A stretch of DNA of 61,684 nt, filler included, from Pirum gemmata (GCA_002812295.1; 9 parts of 9 records of this genome joined end to end with filler, not necessarily neighbours in it), one strand, 5' to 3'; counted from the whole stretch's first letter, positions 49,433 through 59,690 are shown. Program-made: numbers and translations. Notes: generated from the letters alone by a model not told the origin.

Positions 49433-50621
49433 AAATGGTGGAGGAGCAGGGCAAGCGCAGGAAAATGAAGTAATTCCTAACTTGGAGAAAAAAGTAACCG
49501 TCAAACTACTTTGTGAGCATGGGGCTCAAAGCACAAGGTTTCCTGCGAATATTTCGGCCCAAGAACGAGATGCGCAACTGGTAAAGCGCGGAAAATTCTT
49601 GAAAGAACTGGGAGATTTGGTACCATTCAAAGCTGAAAATGAGAAAGAGTTGGAAGACTGGGTGGACTCAATTGCGTCGAGGGCCAAAACTCAGCGTACG
49701 TGTTTTGCTTTGTTTAAAGAAGCATGGGAGGGTGCTGCTACGCAAGCAGTAGCCCCAGTAATCAAGTTGTGTGAAGAAACTGAGGACTATGAGGCTCTAG
49801 TTGATGAAGTGGCTAGAGAATTGTTTCCAGCGAGCCAGTATGTGAAAGAGGTAGAAAAACAAATATTTATTTGTACACGGCAAAGAACTTCAAGAGAGGC
49901 TAACTTGGTATTAAAACTGCTAAGTCAAAGGTACCTTCGATTGTGCGACAGGTGGGGTAGGGAACCTACAATTTCCGACCAAAAGTACATTGACACCTGC
50001 ATGGAAACTTTACCGAAAGAAGTGGAAGATGAACTCAGACTCAACAAAGAAAAGTATGACAATTTGGAGGATCTGTTTTCAAGAGCCCAAGCAATAGAAG
50101 AAGAGTTAAAACGACAAGGAAGGACCATTATGGTAGCAGTGCAACCAGAAGAAGAGCCTAGGGTAGCATTACCAGTAGCCCCAAGTGGACGAAAGCCAGG
50201 GAAATGTTTTAGTTGTGGGGCTACCGATCATTTTAAACGTGATTGTCCTTACAAGAAGTATCGGTGTGAAAATTGTCACAGAGTGGGGCATATTAAGGCT
50301 GTGTGTAAATCTTACGTAGAGAAGGATGAACAGGGGCGCATCAAACATGTCACTACTCCAACAAGGAGTGCAGTAACTACTCAAGTTCGTATGGATGGTA
50401 CGGTACCAGAAAGGGTAGCAACGGCTAAAGAATTGTTGGATGAAATCTTAGCAATGGCAAGGGACAAGGCAGCGAAGGCAAAGGAAGCAAGGTTTGTGAA
50501 GCGAGGCGAAGAAGGGAAGAACGTTCGGTTTGAAGAGCATCCGGTGATGGTAGCAGAAGCTGATGAAGAAGCGTTGATTGAGGCTATTAGTTTGTTATCT
50601 GGTGATTCTGATGGTAACTGA
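49410..50621 (+). CDS. gag: Gag with two CCHC zinc knuckles
   Basis: CFSCGATDHFKRDC and CENCHRVGHIKAVC. Confidence 0.93.
   Translation: MTDQISGQNGGGAGQAQENEVIPNLEKKVTVKLLCEHGAQSTRFPANISAQERDAQLVKRGKFLKELGDLVPFKAENEKELEDWVDSIASRAKTQRTCFALFKEAWEGAATQAVAPVIKLCEETEDYEALVDEVARELFPASQYVKEVEKQIFICTRQRTSREANLVLKLLSQRYLRLCDRWGREPTISDQKYIDTCMETLPKEVEDELRLNKEKYDNLEDLFSRAQAIEEELKRQGRTIMVAVQPEEEPRVALPVAPSGRKPGKCFSCGATDHFKRDCPYKKYRCENCHRVGHIKAVCKSYVEKDEQGRIKHVTTPTRSAVTTQVRMDGTVPERVATAKELLDEILAMARDKAAKAKEARFVKRGEEGKNVRFEEHPVMVAEADEEALIEAISLLSGDSDGN
49436..49453 (+). promoter_or_regulatory. Primer-binding site, tRNA-Ala-type
   Basis: TGGTGGAGGAGCAGGGCA, 3 nt after the LTR; complementary to a ...TGCCC...CTCCACCA tRNA 3' end. 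Confidence 0.7.
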
Positions 50622-50645
50622 CAAAGTAAAGGACCACAACATACA

Positions 50646-53600
50646 ATGGCTAAGGTAACAATAAATGGTATAGAAGTAGTAGCGGCAATTGATCCTCTGG
50701 CTTTTATTTCTATGGTAACCCCAGAGTTTAGGGAAAAGTGTGAAATGAAGGCATCAGTGGCTACAATACAATTAAGAGGTATTGGTAATGGAAAATTTAC
50801 TATGACACGCTCAGCTAAAGTAGGTTTAAAAGGTGAAGAGTACGGTGCTACGTTTGCTATAGTACCCAGGTTACCATTTGATGTTGTGGTGGGGTTGGAC
50901 ATTTTGGCTAGGTCTCCTATTTATCAAAAGTTCAAGGAAGAAATGGAAAGTGATATTGTTATGGAACATACAGCTATGTTAGCAGCAGGGGAATGTAACA
51001 AGGAAGAAGTGAAGAGTGGAAAATCTAGCGAAGAAATAATAGAAGATAAGATCGCTCATTTAAGTCAAGAAGTAAGGGTCAGTGTGTTGGAAATATGTGG
51101 TAAATATCCTGATGTTTGTAATGAAAGTAGGGCTAATACATATAAAGGTGAGCCTGTTGTTATAGAATTGAAGGATGATAGACCTATTAAGTTTAAATTA
51201 AGACCGGTATCCCCTAAGTTAAAGAAACCAATTGAAAGTCAGATAGAAGAGCTCCTGAAGAACGGTATGATTAGGAAGTCAAAGTCAGCTTGGGCGGCAC
51301 CTGTTCATTGTGTACCGAAGAAAGCAGCTGGAGAATGGCGGTTGGTCGTGGACTATAGGGAGCTAAATAAAAGGATTGTAGCGGATTCTTATCCTATACC
51401 AAGGATGATGGATATACTATACGACGTGCAAGGATGTAAGTACTATATTATAGTTGATGTGGAATGGGGTTTTTACAATATTGGTATACGTGAAAGTTGT
51501 AAACACCTGACAGCGTTTATTTGTCATTTGGGACTGTTTGAATTTAATGTTATGCCGATGGGCTTGAAAAATTCACCTGCAGAGTTCCAAAGAATAATTG
51601 ATGCAGCGCTGGGGTACATGGATAGTGCAAAAGTAAAAGTTTATATTGACGATATCGTTATTGCGGCAGACAGTGAAGGTGAAGCTTTGGATGCGTTCGA
51701 AGAGGTGTTAAAAAGACTAAGTGCTGCTGGGTTGCGAATTAAAGTGAAGAAACTAGAAATGTTACAGAGTTCTGTCAAATTGTTAGGACACGTAGTATCA
51801 GAAAACGGTATTGAAGTGGACAAGGACAGGATTGTAGCACTAAGGAAAATGAGGACACCTAAGAATAAAGATGAGCTGAAATCATTTCTGGGTACAGTTG
51901 CGTACATGAAATTGTTTATACCTAATTATAGTTTAAGGGTGGCAAAATTGTCAGCGTTATTAAAGAAGAATGTGGTCTTTAAGTGGGATGATGAACACCA
52001 ACAAACTTATGATGAAGTAATTGCAATGATGGAGGAAGGCGCAACATTGGTAACTCCAGTGGGGACTGGTAGCTATGTTATGGTTACAGACGCTAGTAAT
52101 GTAGCTGTGGGGGTAGCTTTACTTTGTTATCAAAACAATGATTTACAACTTATAGCATTTTACAGTCAAACATTGTCGGATACTCAGCGTAATTGGGACA
52201 CTCGTGAACGTGAATTGTATGCAATTAAGTATGGTTTGGGGAAGTGTTATGAGTTGATTAAAGGGCATCATGTATTTGTGTTAACTGATCATAAGTCACT
52301 ACAATGGTTGGATGCGGTAGAACAATCGAAAATCCAGCGATGGAAGTGGTATTTAAATCAATTTGATTTAACTATTATTCACATTGCTGGGAAGTTAAAT
52401 GTTATAGCAGACTGGTTATCAAGATGTGGTGATAATGATGCAGAAGAAGAAGAATTGCTAGATCAAGTTAGCTTGCCAATAATGGTTGCGATAAATGAAC
52501 ATGTCAGAATACCGTCGTTGGAGGAATTGAAACAAGCTCAGAGAAATATATGTGAAGAAGATAAAAAAGAAGTTTATTTAAATGAAGAAGGGTTTTATGT
52601 GAGTGTAAGGTCACATAAATTCTATGTGCCAGAAGAGTATCGAAGAGCGTTCTTGTTTTGGGTTCATAGTGTTAGAACTAGTGCACATCGAGGTATAGGT
52701 GCGACTAGAAAGAAGTTAAGTAAGATAGCGTATTGGCCTGGGTTGTCAAAGGATGTTGAAAAGTATGTGAAGAGTTGCTGGGTTTGTGAAAGAACAAAGA
52801 AAAGCAATGCACCCCAAGTAAGAGGAGTTCTACAGCGGCCTTATGCGTTTGAATTAATTTCTGTGGATTATGTTGGGCCAAGGATAATTAATAGTGTTAA
52901 GTATTGGTACTTAGTTATTATTGATCATTGTACAAGATTTATGGTGACTACGGTTACTATTAATGCTAACGGCGATTTTGCTGGCCGGTGTTTAAGAGAT
53001 TTATGGGTTCCTTACTTCAGTGCTCCAAGGGTGGTATTATCTGATAATGCATTTGGAGAAAGTTTCAATGAATATGTTAATGGAGTTGGTGCTATACAGA
53101 TGAAAACTTCAGCTTATTATCCTCAAGGAAACGGTATTAATGAAAGGTCTCATGGTTTACTGGAAAAGGGTATTGCGGCAGAAATGACGGTGACAGGAAT
53201 TCATGTAGATTATGTGTCTATTGTTAGAGATGTAACAATGGCATATAATCATTCATTTCATAGTGCAGTTGGAGAAACACCTTACAATGCTGTTTATGGG
53301 AAAGATCCAGTTTTTCCGGGATTTCAAGAGTATGTAAAAAGAAAAGGAGAAGATGAGAGATTGGAATACCTAGATCAGAGGAAACAAGTGGCTTTACAGC
53401 GATATAACTATGCTATTTCTAATGTGCAACATGTAGAAAAGGTTGAAGTTGGTGATTTGGTTATATTCGAGCGTAGTGAGCATGAAATGGATAAGAGAAG
53501 GAAAATTATAGCTGATACGGGTCTTGCTTTTAAATATAATCCAAGATGGAGTTTGCCATGTAGAGTTTTGAAGATAGTAGATAAATCAATAACTGTTGGG

Positions 53601-53846
53601 GAGATGTGTACTAGGGACATAGTTAAAGTGCCATTGTCTAGGGTGAAACGATTAGTGTATCCAGTTGATGCTGATCAACAGTTGATGAATTGGAGTAATA
53701 TTATGAGAACGTTACCTCCGAAGTTAAGGCAGAATGGAGAGGCTCTGAAAGACATTGAGGATTTATTTCCTAATGTAAAGTTTGTAAAAGAATCAGATGG
53801 AGGAGTTGCTGGTCCTAGCAAGCGGCTTAGGGAAGAAGATGTTTAG
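50646..53846 (+). CDS. pol: Pol polyprotein (PR, RT, RNase H, integrase)
   Basis: RT: WRLVVDYR, MPMGLKNSP, YIDD. RNase H: TDAS, TDH, ADWLSR. Integrase: HHCC, DYVGP, SDN, NER. Confidence 0.96.
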   Translation: MAKVTINGIEVVAAIDPLAFISMVTPEFREKCEMKASVATIQLRGIGNGKFTMTRSAKVGLKGEEYGATFAIVPRLPFDVVVGLDILARSPIYQKFKEEMESDIVMEHTAMLAAGECNKEEVKSGKSSEEIIEDKIAHLSQEVRVSVLEICGKYPDVCNESRANTYKGEPVVIELKDDRPIKFKLRPVSPKLKKPIESQIEELLKNGMIRKSKSAWAAPVHCVPKKAAGEWRLVVDYRELNKRIVADSYPIPRMMDILYDVQGCKYYIIVDVEWGFYNIGIRESCKHLTAFICHLGLFEFNVMPMGLKNSPAEFQRIIDAALGYMDSAKVKVYIDDIVIAADSEGEALDAFEEVLKRLSAAGLRIKVKKLEMLQSSVKLLGHVVSENGIEVDKDRIVALRKMRTPKNKDELKSFLGTVAYMKLFIPNYSLRVAKLSALLKKNVVFKWDDEHQQTYDEVIAMMEEGATLVTPVGTGSYVMVTDASNVAVGVALLCYQNNDLQLIAFYSQTLSDTQRNWDTRERELYAIKYGLGKCYELIKGHHVFVLTDHKSLQWLDAVEQSKIQRWKWYLNQFDLTIIHIAGKLNVIADWLSRCGDNDAEEEELLDQVSLPIMVAINEHVRIPSLEELKQAQRNICEEDKKEVYLNEEGFYVSVRSHKFYVPEEYRRAFLFWVHSVRTSAHRGIGATRKKLSKIAYWPGLSKDVEKYVKSCWVCERTKKSNAPQVRGVLQRPYAFELISVDYVGPRIINSVKYWYLVIIDHCTRFMVTTVTINANGDFAGRCLRDLWVPYFSAPRVVLSDNAFGESFNEYVNGVGAIQMKTSAYYPQGNGINERSHGLLEKGIAAEMTVTGIHVDYVSIVRDVTMAYNHSFHSAVGETPYNAVYGKDPVFPGFQEYVKRKGEDERLEYLDQRKQVALQRYNYAISNVQHVEKVEVGDLVIFERSEHEMDKRRKIIADTGLAFKYNPRWSLPCRVLKIVDKSITVGEMCTRDIVKVPLSRVKRLVYPVDADQQLMNWSNIMRTLPPKLRQNGEALKDIEDLFPNVKFVKESDGGVAGPSKRLREEDV

Positions 53847-53866
53847 TTGTAGTATTAGTAATTACA

Positions 53867-53881
53867 CAAAAAATGGAGGAA
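53867..53881 (+). promoter_or_regulatory. Polypurine tract
   Basis: A-run then TGGAGGAA, just before the 3' LTR. Confidence 0.7.
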
Positions 53882-53884
53882 TAT

Positions 53885-54287
53885 TGTGGTGGTACTGCGT
53901 AATTTATCATGCATAAATTTATGGTCTGATTTTTGAGTGTAATTATTGGTTACAATGGGTTTTTTGTGGTAGGATTTTTCTAGGTAGTTTGACGTCAGGA
54001 TTATGGCCAGATAATAATTAATTTTGTTTGGTTTAGAAAATGGGCTCATAACTAAGTGTGTTTATTGGGCAAAGTTGTAGTAAACCAAGTGATTTATTAT
54101 TATTATTATTATTATTATATGAATTTGAAGACTATAGTTTTATAAAAAAACTAAAAAAACAAATGTATAAAAAGAGCTGTTTTTGACCAAAACAAAAAGG
54201 AAAAAACATTAATAAAAAAAACTGTAAAAAAAAGAAATAACAAAAAACTCTAATTTTCATAAAAATGACAGATCAAATCTCAGGTCA
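53885..54287 (+). repeat. 3' LTR (403 bp)
   Basis: Near-identical to the 5' LTR plus a 17-bp extra segment. Confidence 0.93.
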
Positions 54288-54420
54288 CGAACAACATTTA
54301 CTTTGTGCCTCGGTCAAAAAAGTTCGCCATAAGAGTTCTCACCCCTCCCCTATCATTATCATTATCATCCTGTTTAACAATATTGTTATTTTTCTAGCTA
54401 GTAGACTACGGTAGCTACCA

Positions 54421-54516
54421 GTCAAGGGGTAGGTAGGTAGGTAGTATTTGACCAAAAATTAACGTCGAGTGGTAGGTAGGTAGGGGTATTTGAAGCTGTA
54501 GTACTTGAGCGCTCCC
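54421..54516. mobile_element. Partial MITE C copy
   Basis: GTCAAGGGGTAGGTAGGTAG...TTGAGCGCTCCC. Confidence 0.75.
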
Positions 54517-54576
54517 CTCTAGCTACTAGCTAGCTAGCTAGTCTCACTTCATCAAAAAATACTCAAAAAATAAAAA

Positions 54577-54892
54577 GTGCTTTTCATTAGTAGGGGTGAG
54601 ATATCTACTGGAACTTTTTTCGAACAGATGCTTATCGAGCCAACCTTAGTTCCGTGTTCCTTACTAATAATAGCAGTTAAATAACTCGGAAAAGTTCCGG
54701 CAGCTGTTCGGTAATAATAAAATGACGTCATCTCACCCCTACTTTTTCATTTATTTTGTCGCTGGTGGTATTTTGTCACTCCGAATATTTATTTGGTTGT
54801 TTATAATTTTTAATTGATACTTTTTAAATAAGTAAATATATAATAAAATATACCAAATTAAATTAAATGGATTTATATTATATTAATTTGGT
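54577..54892. mobile_element. MITE A copy interrupted by MITE B and truncated by the contig end
   Basis: GTGCTTTTCATT|B|TTTTCATTTATTTTGTC. Confidence 0.85.
54589..54743. mobile_element. MITE B copy (internally deleted) with TTTTCATT TSD
   Basis: Both TIRs and a perfect 8-bp duplication. Confidence 0.9.
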
Positions 54893-54992
54893 NNNNNNNN
54901 NNNNNNNNNNNNNNNNNNNNNNNNNNNNNNNNNNNNTTAATTAATTAANNNNNNNNNNNNNNNNNNNNNNNNNNNNNNNNNNNNNNNNNNNN
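54893..54992. other. Artificial contig-joining spacer
   Basis: N44-TTAATTAATTAA-N44. Confidence 0.97.
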
Positions 54993-55260
54993 GGTGGGCC
55001 GGAGTCAAAATTATTTATTTTGTGTTGAAAGAAATAAATTTTGTGTAGCGAGATAGGAAGTTGTGTAGCGAGGTAGCGAGCAAATAGTTATAGTTTGACT
55101 TTGTAGTTTCGAGCTGTAGATTAGTTCGAACATGTGAAAATTATTCTGATTAAATAATTTTCAATAGTGTTTGGAATGTATCAAGCTCACATAATTATGG
55201 GTTTTTCTTATTTCTGTTGCACTACTGTTTTTGTAACAACTGACGTGATTGTTGTAAATT

Positions 55261-55901
55261 AAATTAAGTAAATAATTAAGTAAATAATAATATGCCAAGT
55301 GTGACTCATATATAAATAAGTGTAAAATAACAGTATCTATGTCAAGTGTGTAACATATGCTGTAAATGAAATTAAGTAAATAATATGGCAAGTGTGAAGC
55401 ATATATTATAAATAAGTGTAAAATAACAGTATCTATGTCAAGTGTATAACATAATATTATGCTGTAAATCAAATTAAGTAAATAATGTGATAAGTGTGAA
55501 GCATATATAAATAATTATAAGTGTATAGGTATATACTTATAAGTGTATAGGTAACTGAACGCCTAGTGAAGGTCATAGACTCAAAGAAAGTCAAGAGATA
55601 AATAATAAGTGTACTTAAGTATAAACTGAATGTATAAATTAAATGTATGAACTGAATGTATGAATTGAATTGNNNNNNNNNNNNNNNNNNNNNNNNNNNN
55701 NNNNNNNNNNNNNNNNNNNNNNNNNNNNNNNNNNNNNNNNNNNNNNNNNNNNNNNNNNNNNNNNNNNNNNNNNNNNNNNNNNNNNNNNNNNNNNNAATAG
55801 ATTGAGAATATAGATTGGTTTAATGATTGTAAGAAATAATGAATAATTGAATATAGATTAATTTAATGATTGTAAGAATAATGAATAATTGAATATAGAT
55901 T
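55261..55901 (+). repeat. Dispersed repeat, copy of 12334-12977 (contains an N gap)
   Basis: High visual identity to the other copy. Confidence 0.85.
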
Positions 55902-56492
55902 AATTGATAGTAATAATATTAATGATAGTAATAATGATAATAATGATAATAATAATGAAGAAATTAATCAACGAATGAAAACTTTATATCCATATTTATA
56001 TACGGCTTATAATGATTTTTGGCTAGACTTTAATTGAATAATTGTAAGAGTAATGAATAATAGAATTAATGATTGATATTGGCTGTATGTTGCAAGTATA
56101 TTGATTATAATAATTATAATATCTGTACTTATTATTATTATGTATTGTTGAATAGTCTATCAAGAGTGAATAGTCTATCAAGTGTGAACGGAGTGATAGT
56201 GGTAAAGTCTATCATAATGGAATAGTATAAATAGAGTAAGAAAATTGAAAAGTAGAAAAAAGTCTCTTGAAAATTGGGAATTGGAAAATCTCTCTTGAAA
56301 ATGGAGAAATGTGTAAAAGTAAAATTTGTGTTAAAAGTGTAATTTTGATATGTTGTAGTTTTAGTATGAACGGTAAACCAAACAATAAAGTAAATGTTAC
56401 AATTAATATTATGAGTTGATTATTTAATAAGTATTAATATTAATAATATAAAATAATTAACATTGTAAATTTTAAAAAATGACTGTTGGCTG

Positions 56493-57702
56493 TGGGTTAG
56501 TGTTAGGAGTCTTAGGACTGGTGTTAGGGTTAGTACAGTTTCTATTATTATTTTATTTTATTTTATAAAATTAAATTATTTATAATTTTTTTTTTTTTAA
56601 AAAAAAAGGGTGGGTTGGCTGTGGGTTAGTGTTAGGAGTCTTAGGACTGGTGTTAGGGTTAGGGAGTTGTTAGGGTTAGGGACTGTTAGGGAGTCTGGCT
56701 AATAGCTAGCTAGGGTTAGCTTTAGTTAGGGTTAGTTAGTTAGGGTTAGGGTTTCTGTTTTAGTTAGAGGGTTAGCTAGGCTAGCTAGCACAGTACACTG
56801 TATTTTTTTTTAAAAAAAATTAATTAAATTTTTTTTTAAAAAAACTACAGCATTGACCTAAACTAGACTATGATTCTATGATACTAAAGGTATTCAAAAG
56901 GTAGTGATAGGCGAGCTTAGGTCCAGCTCTAAGTGAGATCCTGAGAGGTCCAGTGAGAGGTCCAGCTAAGCCATTAAAATAATCTAATCTATTAGCGGCT
57001 ATTAGCGGGTACTCCTCTGTTTCCTCAAGTGGTCAGAAAACTTAGAACGTAGACTGCCTACGATCTGTGCTATTATAGGTAGGATCTGTTCCAGTTAGAG
57101 CCAGTTAGACAATCATTATCATAGATCCTAGTCCTAGCTACTCCGTGTACCTACTCCTAGACTCTCCTAGTCTATGTCATGATAGGAAAAAGGGAAAAAG
57201 TACCTTTCTAGGAAAAAGTACTGGAATATGGATCTTTTTGTGTGGTGCTGCTGAAAGCAGAAAGACTTTAGAAAAATTAAAAATGAGATATATGAGACAT
57301 ATGAGTGGCTGTGATGAGTTTTTTTTTTTTTTGTATGATAAAGAGAAATAATTTTAGTTTTATTTTTTTTATTTTTATTTTTTGCATAGTCTAAAACTGT
57401 AAAAATCATTTCTTTAGAAAAACCTTTCTCTATAACTGGCTCTATATTTTTTTTTTAAAAAAACAATACTAGCTAGTAGTACTACTAGTAGTAGAACTAG
57501 CTAGCTAAATTATTTTTTTGTAAAACTAGTCATTTGTTTGTTCATAATAGAGTTTTCTAAGTTAGACGATTTCTCAAAATTTGATAAAAAAAAAAAAAAA
57601 AAAAAAGTTGGATCATTTTGAGATTTTTTGGTTTTTTGAGATCATAATCAGCCTCATTATGGCGAATGTCGCCATTTTTATCCGACTTCGTCGTTAAAAA
57701 AA

Positions 57703-57735
<33 letters not shown>

Positions 57736-58650
57736 GTTATTTTCCTTTATATAAAAAAAGGAGTTTACTTTATATACATAATATATATGATATACCCAAA
57801 TGTTATATATTCAAAATGATGTATTGTATAATATTATAATATATATATTTCAATACAGTTACAGATTATGATTATGTATATTTTTACATGTCATTATGGA
57901 ACTTTCATAAATGACGTCCCGTAAAAACACCCCAATCACACACACCCTCCATTTTTAATTAGTAAAATCATTATTGAGTGACCGTCAATTATGAACGTTT
58001 CACTACAATGTTATTATTACGAGTACCATTTAGTTAAACTAAAACCGACCTTTTTAAGCTTTGAAAAGAAACCGCGGCCGTTATACCAAAATTGTATATA
58101 CTAACACCCAAACCCTAAAGTTTACGCTAACGCTATGAAGAGGAGTATAGACTCACTACCTTTAGTATCATAGAATTATAATCTAGTTTCCGTTGAGTGT
58201 ATCACTGTAGTACTGTGCTAGATTGTGCACTGCTAGCTAGTGTCACTGTGTGTGGGACAGCTGTGGGACCCTAACCCTCTAAAGCAGAAACCCTAGCCCT
58301 AACTCTAGAGCTAACCCTAGCTAGCTACTACCTAGTAGTAGCCAGACTAACTCTAACCCTAACACTCCCTAACCCTAGCACCAGTCCTAAGACTCCTAAC
58401 ACTAACCCACCTTTTTTTTTAAAGAAAAAAAATGATTATAATTAATTTATTAAGTAAAATAAAATAAAATAATAAAATAAATAAAATAATAAAATAAAGT
58501 AATAAAATAAATTAGAAAAAAGATTGTAATTATCATAAATAGCTATATATAGGTTAAGATAGATTAAGGTTAGTAATAGAAACTGTAATATAATTAGGTT
58601 CAGCTAGGGTTCTGAAAGTTCTGAACCCTGGCACCTAACACTAACCCACT
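56493..58650. mobile_element. Putative fold-back element with long telomere-like inverted arms
   Basis: 56493-56775 is the reverse complement of 58268-58650. Confidence 0.6.
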
Positions 58651-59227
58651 AAAAAAAATATAATTATTAAAATAAAATAAAATAAAATAATAAAATAAAA
58701 TAATAAAATATAATATAAAAAAAATTGCAATTATATCATAAATAGGGTATTCCACCCACACTCAAATTTTGGTAGAATTTTTAGTTCATAATAATATAAT
58801 ATTATGTTATGGCGGATGACTAATCAAGTGTCAGAAAAATAATATATAACCCACACTGTCGCAATTTTTGTCTGGATTTGTCCGGCTTGGGTAAAAAAAA
58901 AAAAAAACAAAAAAAAAAGTATAATTTTTTTTTAGCTATCATTTTTACTTACTAGTTATTACTAGAAAGAAAATAAGATCCAATAGGACCTGTTTAATTA
59001 TATCATTTTATAAATAGGGTTAGAAAGTTAGAAGAGCTGTTAGAGGGTTTGCCTGTTTGTTTTATGAAATTTAATAATTATTGAAGTGTGAAAAAAAAAA
59101 AGACGCTAACCACGTACGCACCTCTTACAATAACCAGCTACTACACAAAAAGAATAACATAATTATATATACGCTTTAACACAAAATTTGATTAAAAAAA
59201 GCTAATTTATATATTTCATAACAATAA

Positions 59228-59452
59228 GTATCTAAGCCTGACAAAATAAAAAATGATGTTTGGGAAAATTATGAAAAACTTTTAAATGGGAACGCTGCAG
59301 GTGAGGAGGTTGACAATATTTTAGAGTTAAATCCGGAATTTTCTGATGAAGATGATAAAGAAACCTGGCCAAAGATGACAAGAAAACAACAAGAAGAAGT
59401 TATAGATCTATACAAAAAATCATGGAATGATCGTTTCATTGTATCGTTATAA
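59228..59452 (+). CDS. ATG-less open frame (74 aa), probable terminal exon or gene relic
   Basis: VSKPDKIKNDVWENYEKLL...WNDRFIVSL*, protein-like composition; GCTAAT and an AG lie upstream. Confidence 0.4.
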   Translation, partial: VSKPDKIKNDVWENYEKLLNGNAAGEEVDNILELNPEFSDEDDKETWPKMTRKQQEEVIDLYKKSWNDRFIVSL

Positions 59453-59546
59453 TAATTATATTTATACATATATATACAAAAACATTAGGCTACGACACAC
59501 ACCGAAAAACCCTAATTTACCAAGAGAAATCAATATATAGATAGGA

Positions 59547-59690
59547 GGGTTAGGGTTATAGTATATTATAATTACTAGGGTTAGGGTTATAGTATATTAT
59601 ATTACTAGGGTTAGGGTTACAGTATATTATATTACTAGGGTTAGGGTTATAGTATACTATATTACTAGGTTTAGGGTTAGGGTTAGGGTA
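59547..59690 (+). repeat. ~30-bp minisatellite built on TTAGGG units
   Basis: AGGGTTAGGGTTATAGTATATTATATTACT x4, then TTAGGG. Confidence 0.9.

Larger units (their letters stand above)
49047..54287 (+). mobile_element. Full-length Ty3/Gypsy LTR retrotransposon
   Basis: TG...CA LTRs, near-TSD CAAAC/CGAAC, PBS, PPT, domain order gag-PR-RT-RH-IN. Confidence 0.96.

Noticed and set aside
49925..54049. Antisense ORFs within the retrotransposon
   Set aside because: Shadows of gag/pol or LTR sequence with no independent motifs.
35090..54287. Functional cluster of CDC20, GPCR/protease and the Gypsy element
   Set aside because: They lie on different contigs joined artificially.
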